From: Candidatus Helarchaeota archaeon
GTDB taxonomy: Archaea > Asgardarchaeota > Lokiarchaeia > Helarchaeales > RDOG01
NCBI GenBank assembly: GCA_019058315.1
Contig: JAHPZH010000008.1
Coordinates: forward strand, 144,869 to 208,868
Direction of reading: 5' to 3'
Length of the DNA: 64,000 nt
In this document: in pieces, positions 49,934-56,627 of the stretch
Layout: every line of letters starts with the position of its first letter
How positions within the stretch are numbered: position 1 is the stretch's first letter
Program-made: the position numbers and the translations under genes
The notes under the pieces: generated by a model
What the model saw: only the letters and a program-made list of their open reading frames with translations
What the model was told of the DNA's origin: nothing
The model's database searches: none

Positions 49934-50869
49934 GTGAAAAAAATGGTACAATTAAAAGGATTAATTTTTAGACCTCCAAGTGAAGCAGATAGTTTAATAA
50001 TTCAAGCGACTTTAGGATGCAGTAATAATACATGTACTTTTTGTTATTCATATAAACAAAAAAAATTCCAAATTCGCCCAATAAAAGACATATTAGATGA
50101 TTTATTATCAGCTAAACAGATTTATGGTAATTTTGTAAGAAAATTGTTTATAGCTGATGGTGATGCTCTGGTATTGGAGAATAAAGATTTATTGGAAGTG
50201 TTAAACTTTGCATATAGTATTTTTCCTAATTTAAAACGTACAGGAATCTATGCATGTGCTCCTAATGTGCTAAATAGGGAAAATCCGCTAGAAGAATTGA
50301 AAGAATTAAGAAAAGCAGGGCTTAAAATTATTTATCTTGGAATTGAAAGTGGAAGTGATGAAATATTAAAAGATGTTCATAAAAAAATGACTGCAGAAGA
50401 CATGTTTCAAGCTTCTAAATTTATTTTGGAAGCAGGAATTGAACTTTCTGTTACAATTATTATTGGTCTTGGGGGAAAAGCAAAGTGGAAGGAAAATGCA
50501 ATTGAAACTGGAAAGCTACTTAGTCGCATAGGACAAGTTACAACTCCTGAAAGCATTTATTATGTTGGTGCATTATCCTTAATTGTTCCTTCGAAAAAAA
50601 GAGGGTATCCTGTTGATACTCCATTAGCTAAACAAGTAGAACAAGGAAAATTTCAAGTTTTAAATTCAAAAGAACTCCTAGAAGAAATGCGGCTTTTAGT
50701 CGAAAATATTAATGTAAAAAATAAAATAGTCTTTAGAAGCAATCATGCAAGTAATTATTTACCCATAGGAGGAGATCTTCCTCAAGATAAAGAACGTCTC
50801 TTAAATATAATTGATAGTGCATTAAAAAGTGAGATTCAACTTAGACCTGAATTTTTAAGAGCTTTATGA
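49934..50869 (+). CDS. Radical SAM protein
   Basis: RPPSEA.S, GCSNNTCTFC, F.ADGD, GIESG and FRSNHASNY motifs. Confidence 0.9.
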   Translation: MKKMVQLKGLIFRPPSEADSLIIQATLGCSNNTCTFCYSYKQKKFQIRPIKDILDDLLSAKQIYGNFVRKLFIADGDALVLENKDLLEVLNFAYSIFPNLKRTGIYACAPNVLNRENPLEELKELRKAGLKIIYLGIESGSDEILKDVHKKMTAEDMFQASKFILEAGIELSVTIIIGLGGKAKWKENAIETGKLLSRIGQVTTPESIYYVGALSLIVPSKKRGYPVDTPLAKQVEQGKFQVLNSKELLEEMRLLVENINVKNKIVFRSNHASNYLPIGGDLPQDKERLLNIIDSALKSEIQLRPEFLRAL

Positions 50870-50889
50870 TAATTAATTTATTGCGAATC

Positions 50890-51648
50890 TTATGTATTTT
50901 GTGATATATTAGCCGAAATTTCATTAACTATCTTATTATATTTATTAACAGTCTCATAATCTTCTAATTCCGTACTAATTTCAATTACTTTTTTATAAAG
51001 TTCTATTGCTTTATCGAATTTTTTAGCTTTCCTTTCCAAATCTGCAAAAATTACTAATTTTTGTCGCTCCTGTATTTTTTTTATGTGTTCTTGATTGAGA
51101 TCTGTATCTTCAGTAGGTTCACCTTGTATAATATTAAGCAGAATTCTCTCAACATCATAAAATATTTCTACAATATTGGAAGGATTTGCCGAATTCCAAT
51201 TCGTAAGAAGAGGAATTTTTGTCTCTAAGGGTAAAATTGAGATTTTTTTTCTAATTATTTCGGGATCTATAAGTTTGGGTTTACCCGGATAATTTGAGAA
51301 ATCAATATCAAAAATGAAGTGATCATCAAGACTGGCTGATATATAGACTTTTGCACGTGAAATTTTTTCTAGAAAATCTGTTTGAAATTCATACATTAAC
51401 TTATTTGCTTGTTCAGCGATTCCAGCATCTATTTTTTGCTCAGGTGTACCTTTATCTTTGTATTGAGAAATCTTATCTAATATCCCGCGAAGTATATTTT
51501 CTAAAATATCTTTTTTTTCCCTAAATTTATCTAATGTGATTGTTCCTTTTTGAAGATCTGCCTTTAAAGAATTAACTTCTCCTATTATGGCTTTTACTCT
51601 TTGCTTCAATTCTGTAATTGATTCTGTGGCAGATTCTTCTGAAGACAT
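50890..51648 (-). CDS. Helical hairpin (steadiness-box/SHOCT-like) + UEV/UBC-like domain + TPR/MIT-like helices
   Basis: LQKGTITLDKF; F.FDIDFSNYP.KPKL and LLTNWN...P.NIVEI (E2-fold, no Cys anywhere in the protein); FDKAIELYKK. Confidence 0.65.
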   Translation of the reverse strand: MSSEESATESITELKQRVKAIIGEVNSLKADLQKGTITLDKFREKKDILENILRGILDKISQYKDKGTPEQKIDAGIAEQANKLMYEFQTDFLEKISRAKVYISASLDDHFIFDIDFSNYPGKPKLIDPEIIRKKISILPLETKIPLLTNWNSANPSNIVEIFYDVERILLNIIQGEPTEDTDLNQEHIKKIQERQKLVIFADLERKAKKFDKAIELYKKVIEISTELEDYETVNKYNKIVNEISANISQNT

Positions 51649-51672
51649 TTGTTGAACTCCTTATTTACATAT

Positions 51673-52716
51673 TCATTCACGAATTAATGTTTTGCTAGCC
51701 AATTTTTTAAAACCTTCAACATTCATAAAAATAGGGTCTTTTGGAATAATAATCTTATCAAGATCTTCAATGATATTTTCTTCAAGAATATTAAGTTCAA
51801 TTTCTTTCCAAAATATATTTGTTCCTTCTCCGGTTATAATATAATGTTCAATTTGAGCATCATAAGGTAAATTTGATAATAGAACTTTTAGACTATCAAC
51901 AATTATTCGACTTATTTCACGGATAAAAAACTCTTTAGAATCAGTTATATCGTAGATTTTTCCAGCAACATTTACTTGATTGCGGTTTTGTTCTATATTT
52001 GGTAGAAGGTCGAAAGGACTTATAATTTGGTTTGTCGCTTTTTGAAGCACGAGAGCAATTTTGTTAGCTAAAACAGCAAGTGAAGCATCCATCAAGTTTC
52101 CAGAAGCAAGGCGCATTGGCTTTCCTCTATAAAAAGTCAGTATTTCAGTCAAATAATCTAAAGAAACTACTACTGCGTCAGATGCTATCTGTTCCTGGGA
52201 TTCTGAGATTACCTGGTAGTAACTTCCATAGGCTTCTGGCATGACTAAAGTTTTAAGAATATTAATCTTAAGTTTTTTATCTTCTGAAGTGGCTTCGTTC
52301 CTAACGTATAAATCGTAGGTCCCTTTTAATGAACCACTAATTTGTTTCATTAGATCTATATTTGTTGAAATCGGAACACCAGTTGCTATAACAATTTGGT
52401 CCTCATTTTTTATTGAAGTTAACGCGAGTACCGCTTTAATTAAGCGAAAAACATCATCTAATTTTTCTACTTTACCTTTTTCAACAATTAGCCTCTTTAA
52501 TTCACTCTGGAGTCGTGCTAATTCTCCAATGTAAAAAGACTGTTCCCCTTCAAATAAAATCAAATTATCCTTTAATTCTTTTTTGGCTGAAACACCACTC
52601 CAACCAGGATTTGGATTCCCTATAATGCTGGGAATCGAGAATTTTTCTTCCCCACATGAAATTTTTATATTTCCACCGATATCAATGCCTATTGGAATAG
52701 TAATTCTTATCACCAA
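51673..52716 (-). CDS. ParM/StbA-like actin-fold protein with degenerate nucleotide-binding loops
   Basis: GIDIG, IPSIIG.PNPGW, YIGELA, ATGVP, MPEAYG, IITGEG and NVEGF; phosphate-2 reads VVVSLDYLTE. Confidence 0.85.
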   Translation of the reverse strand: MVIRITIPIGIDIGGNIKISCGEEKFSIPSIIGNPNPGWSGVSAKKELKDNLILFEGEQSFYIGELARLQSELKRLIVEKGKVEKLDDVFRLIKAVLALTSIKNEDQIVIATGVPISTNIDLMKQISGSLKGTYDLYVRNEATSEDKKLKINILKTLVMPEAYGSYYQVISESQEQIASDAVVVSLDYLTEILTFYRGKPMRLASGNLMDASLAVLANKIALVLQKATNQIISPFDLLPNIEQNRNQVNVAGKIYDITDSKEFFIREISRIIVDSLKVLLSNLPYDAQIEHYIITGEGTNIFWKEIELNILEENIIEDLDKIIIPKDPIFMNVEGFKKLASKTLIRE

Positions 52717-52995
52717 AAATCGTATTTTTATTCTAAATAATATAATATGTAGTTCATAAAATTTCTAAATCTCATTAATTTGTATAATTTTAATTTTTTT
52801 TAACTAAAAGAGATTTAATTTATACTCTTTTTTTATGAAAGTGATACTACTCATTACCTCATTGAAAATATTTTTCTTCTATTCAAGGTTAATATTTTAT
52901 TAATTTTAGTTAAATAATCAAGTTAATTAAAATAGAGATTATATAAAATAAATCATATAATTAAAGTTTATTATAAAATTTAATGAAGTGAGATT

Positions 52996-54015
52996 ATGAC
53001 AACACACGTTGGAATTGATCTTGGGACGAGTACGATTAAGATCAGTTGTGGTGATACAAAAATCCTCATACCAAGCATCATTGGAGAACCTAATCCTGGT
53101 TGGACAGGAATGAGTAGTGACAAAACACTCGAAAATAATTTAGTTTTAATTGAGGGCAATAAGGAATGGTATGTTGGTGAATTAGCAAGGCTACAAAGCG
53201 AAGTACGTTACGCATTAGCTAGTGAAGGACAAATGAAAAGCGCAGAAAATACTTTTATTGCAGTAAAAGCAGCTCTATCTCTTTTAATGGATAATCCCGA
53301 AGACGACTTTGTTCTTGCGACAGGCGTACCCGTGGCTACTGGAGCAGAAGTAATGAAGAATTTAAGCCGAATGATGAAGGGGGATTTAAAAATAAACGTC
53401 AGAAATGATAGTACTAGTGAGTTGTTCGATTATAAAGCAAATGTCCAGAAAACACTCGTAATGCCAGAACCTTATGGTACATATGTTAAAATTCTTAAAG
53501 AGAAAGGTGAAGAATCAGCAGTTGATACAGTAATCATAGATATCGGACATGGGTCAACAGATATTCTAACAATGTACCAAGGACGCCCCATGAGAACCGC
53601 TTCAGGGAGTTTAATAGAAGCTACAGATACTTTGACTAGTCGAATGGCAAAAGCATTGCAAGATAAGACAGGTGCGATCATAAAACCCTTTGATTTAATG
53701 TCAACCATAAGAAAAGGAAGAGATCAAGTCATGATCGGTGGTCAGTACTATAGTATAAAAGAAATAAAAAATTATTACAGCGATCAAATTGCAAAAATTA
53801 TCATTGATGAAGTAATGCGTCTAATAGCTACCTTGCCACCTGATGCTTTTGTTGAATATTATATCATTACCGGTGGTGGAGCCCATAGTTTCGGAGAACA
53901 AATACGTAAGCAAATAATAGCAAGTAAATTAGTGGCAGAAGGTGACAAAGCCGTCATACCAAGTAATCCTGTACTATCAAATGCAGAAGGATTCGAATTA
54001 ATCGCTCAAAGATAA
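52996..54015 (+). CDS. ParM/StbA-like actin-fold ATPase (intact motifs)
   Basis: GIDLGTSTIK, YVGELA, TGVPV, MPEPYG, IIDIGHGSTD, ITGGGA and SNAEGF motifs. Confidence 0.92.
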   Translation: MTTHVGIDLGTSTIKISCGDTKILIPSIIGEPNPGWTGMSSDKTLENNLVLIEGNKEWYVGELARLQSEVRYALASEGQMKSAENTFIAVKAALSLLMDNPEDDFVLATGVPVATGAEVMKNLSRMMKGDLKINVRNDSTSELFDYKANVQKTLVMPEPYGTYVKILKEKGEESAVDTVIIDIGHGSTDILTMYQGRPMRTASGSLIEATDTLTSRMAKALQDKTGAIIKPFDLMSTIRKGRDQVMIGGQYYSIKEIKNYYSDQIAKIIIDEVMRLIATLPPDAFVEYYIITGGGAHSFGEQIRKQIIASKLVAEGDKAVIPSNPVLSNAEGFELIAQR

Positions 54016-54116
54016 CAAAAATTATTAATTTTCTTTTTTAGTTTTTTTCTTATAAAGAAAAACGTATATTATTGAATTTACATATTTATTATTAATCAAT
54101 GATCTTGGGGCTATGA

Positions 54117-55301
54117 ATGACTGAGAAAGATGAAAAAGAAGTTTCGGAATTGCAGAATGAGATTGAGAACGTTCTTGATGAACTCTCGAATTTAGAAGTG
54201 CAATTCACAGAAATTTTAAAACCAAGAGTTGACTCTACTCAAGCCCCAGTAGATACTGGTTACCTTATGGCTGTTCGAAGGTTTCAAAACGGAATGCGAG
54301 TTTCTCTTTTAAATGGAGCTGAGACTGGTAATAAAGAGACATTTCTTGAAGGTTTCAGATTCTATGAAGGTGCTTTAATCCTCTTAAAATCGCATAATGA
54401 CTCGAATGAAATTCAACAATGCATTAACGAATTAATCCAAATTCTCTTGAAAATTATTTCAAAAGCAAAACCTAAAGCAGAGGAAAATGCTCCTTATGGA
54501 CCATTCTTTTTGCGAAAATCTTGTCAATATATAGCTAATGTTTATGAATCCAGTGGAAATTTCGAAGTCGGGATGAAATTTCATGATCGAGCTGCAAATC
54601 TCTCAACAGGACTTGAAAAAGAACTTGAATTTCTTCAAAAACTAATAAATGCTCTTTTATGTAATAAAATTGAAGTTGTAAATCACACTATACAAATGTT
54701 CAAAATCAAGCATGTTACTAAAATGGCTACTCTATTAGCCAAAGGTTTTACTGAAAACAATCAACAAAAAGTCCAAAGTGCCCAGAGTTTATTAGAAACT
54801 CTTAGTGTTCAAAGAAAAATGTCTATAAATCATATTCTAAGTCTTATTGAAAAATTAACTCAAACTATGCAATCTAAAAAACCAGTTAAAGGGGAAGCTA
54901 AACCTGTAAGTCAGGTTCAACGTATTGCGGCCCCAACTCAATCTCTCCATCTTTCTAATGATGCAATTAGTGAATTACGAACAATACTCACTGAAGGTAT
55001 TCAACAATTAAAATCTGCTAAAGGAGGGGCTTCGGGTGATGCACCTTTAATTGACACCTCTTCTATCGTCTCTGAAATTAAAAGTATGATTTCTCAAGAG
55101 ATTAAATCTATATCTTCTGAAATTGTATCACAACTACTTAACAAGATGCCTGCTGGACTCCCAGCTTCACCTAGAGCTCATAGTGGGGGAACAATTTCTG
55201 ATGATGTTCCAGATATCCAGGTTGTGGCTGCCGCACCTGGAGAAAAACAGGCTCGTCCAAAATTGGATGATATGATAGATTCTATTGTTGTTTGTGAGTA
55301 A
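54117..55301 (+). CDS. TPR/alpha-SNAP-like solenoid + short coiled coils + conserved-looking C-terminal peptide
   Basis: Helical repeats (IANVYESSGNFEVGMKFHDRAA), low-complexity linkers, IVSEIKSMISQEIKSISSEIVSQLL and tail RPKLDDMIDSIVVCE. Confidence 0.7.
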   Translation: MTEKDEKEVSELQNEIENVLDELSNLEVQFTEILKPRVDSTQAPVDTGYLMAVRRFQNGMRVSLLNGAETGNKETFLEGFRFYEGALILLKSHNDSNEIQQCINELIQILLKIISKAKPKAEENAPYGPFFLRKSCQYIANVYESSGNFEVGMKFHDRAANLSTGLEKELEFLQKLINALLCNKIEVVNHTIQMFKIKHVTKMATLLAKGFTENNQQKVQSAQSLLETLSVQRKMSINHILSLIEKLTQTMQSKKPVKGEAKPVSQVQRIAAPTQSLHLSNDAISELRTILTEGIQQLKSAKGGASGDAPLIDTSSIVSEIKSMISQEIKSISSEIVSQLLNKMPAGLPASPRAHSGGTISDDVPDIQVVAAAPGEKQARPKLDDMIDSIVVCE

Positions 55302-55409
55302 ATTAATATAATTTGTTAAAAAGAAGTCTCTACTAGTAATTATATAAGTTCTAAAACTATTATTTTTTTATAAAAATAAAAAAAAGAATTAAAAGTAGAA
55401 TTTTGTTCT

Positions 55410-56627
55410 CTAACCACTGCGAAGTATTCTCTCTATTTCATCTAGTAAGTCTTGGGCGTTTATTTCTTTTGCAATCATTATAGCATCTTCAAAAAATGCC
55501 ATAGCCTTATCTTCTTCGTTTTTATTTAGTAGATCTACTCCGACTTTTATAATCTCCTTTACTTCGTCTCTTTTTTGTTGAATTCCAGTGGAAACTGTTG
55601 GTGTTACAGCTGGTCCAGAAACTTTTCCTTTCACTACTTTTAGGCATCCAGGGCAGAAAGTATCTTTACCTGATTCTATTAATTTAATGCGCTGATCTTG
55701 GAAAGGTTTTTTACATTTTGGACATGTTCTTGTCCTTAAAATTTCTTCAGTGAATTGAATGTCTTCTGCGGTCACACCTGCCTTTGAAACAACTGGTGGT
55801 TTCGGTGTAGGAGGTGTTGTAACTACTGGTTTAGCAACTACTGGCGTAGGAGGTGTTGTAACTACTGGTTTAGCAACTACTGGCGTAGGAGGTCTTGTAA
55901 CTACTGGTTTAGCAGCTACTGCTGGAGGTTTTGCTACCTTTGGAGTTACTTCGGCTTCTCTTACAATTTTTGGAGCTTTCTTTAATGGCGGTTCAACTTC
56001 AGCAGACCTTGTAACCTTAGAAGCTATAACTCCTCCAAGTAGTACAAAACAAAGCGATAACCAAAAACCAGGAGTTATAAAAAATGTTAGAACAAATATT
56101 ATAAGACCGCCAAAAAATTGTGAAATTGGTATGACATTTATGCCAATTAAGTACGTAGTTAAGTATGCTGCTACGTAATAAAGGGCACTACCAATGACTA
56201 TCAGTTCAATTGCCATTATAGAGATCGAAAATGACTTCCAAGAACCTTTTACTCCATTAAAATGGGCATTTTTTCTTTTATAGTAACTTCCTAGAATTAT
56301 ACCTCCAAAAAACCATCCAAAACATGCTGGAACATCGGTTAGAAATTTGAAACCTAAATCAAGATAAAATAGATGGTTTGGTAGGGAAACCTGAATCAAA
56401 TAGAGGCTGGAAAAGAAAGTCAACATACTCCAGTGAAACATAGAAACCAATATGGGATCTAAATAGTACTTACCTATGAAAATAGCGTATCCGAATACAA
56501 TTGCAAATAAAACGCCTAATGAAGCTTCTTTATAGGAGATTGTAGTGATAAAAGGTTTTATATCCGAACTTGTAGTAGATGTGCTCATTTTTTTTTCCTC
56601 ATTTAATTTATTTCTTAGAGATTTCAC
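55410..56627 (-). CDS. Polytopic membrane protein with Pro/Thr repeat linker, zinc ribbon and TPR/MIT-like C-terminal hairpin
   Basis: About 5 TM, PPTPVVAKPVVTT repeats, CPKC...CPGC and EDKAMAFFEDAIMIAKEI; likely start MSTST. Confidence 0.8.
   Translation of the reverse strand: MKSLRNKLNEEKKMSTSTTSSDIKPFITTISYKEASLGVLFAIVFGYAIFIGKYYLDPILVSMFHWSMLTFFSSLYLIQVSLPNHLFYLDLGFKFLTDVPACFGWFFGGIILGSYYKRKNAHFNGVKGSWKSFSISIMAIELIVIGSALYYVAAYLTTYLIGINVIPISQFFGGLIIFVLTFFITPGFWLSLCFVLLGGVIASKVTRSAEVEPPLKKAPKIVREAEVTPKVAKPPAVAAKPVVTRPPTPVVAKPVVTTPPTPVVAKPVVTTPPTPKPPVVSKAGVTAEDIQFTEEILRTRTCPKCKKPFQDQRIKLIESGKDTFCPGCLKVVKGKVSGPAVTPTVSTGIQQKRDEVKEIIKVGVDLLNKNEEDKAMAFFEDAIMIAKEINAQDLLDEIERILRSG
55806..55935. 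repeat. About three 39-bp tandem coding repeats (13 aa)
   Basis: gtaggaggtgttgtaactactggtttagcaactactggc repeated. Confidence 0.9.

Noticed and set aside
52716-52996. parC-like centromere or plasmid partition cassette around the ParM-like genes
   Set aside because: The spacer is simply AT-rich with no iterated repeats. There is no ParR-sized ORF, rep or integrase.
52996-54015. Canonical Asgard (eukaryote-like) actin
   Set aside because: Lacks actin signatures such as DNGSG, the P.EHG segment and TEAPLNP. TGVP, MPE..G and NAEGF are ParM/StbA-type.
55260-55301. CaaX prenylation signal at the end of 54117..55301, given the nearby CAAX protease
   Set aside because: The terminus is IVVCE with Cys penultimate, not CaaX; CPBP proteases are widespread.
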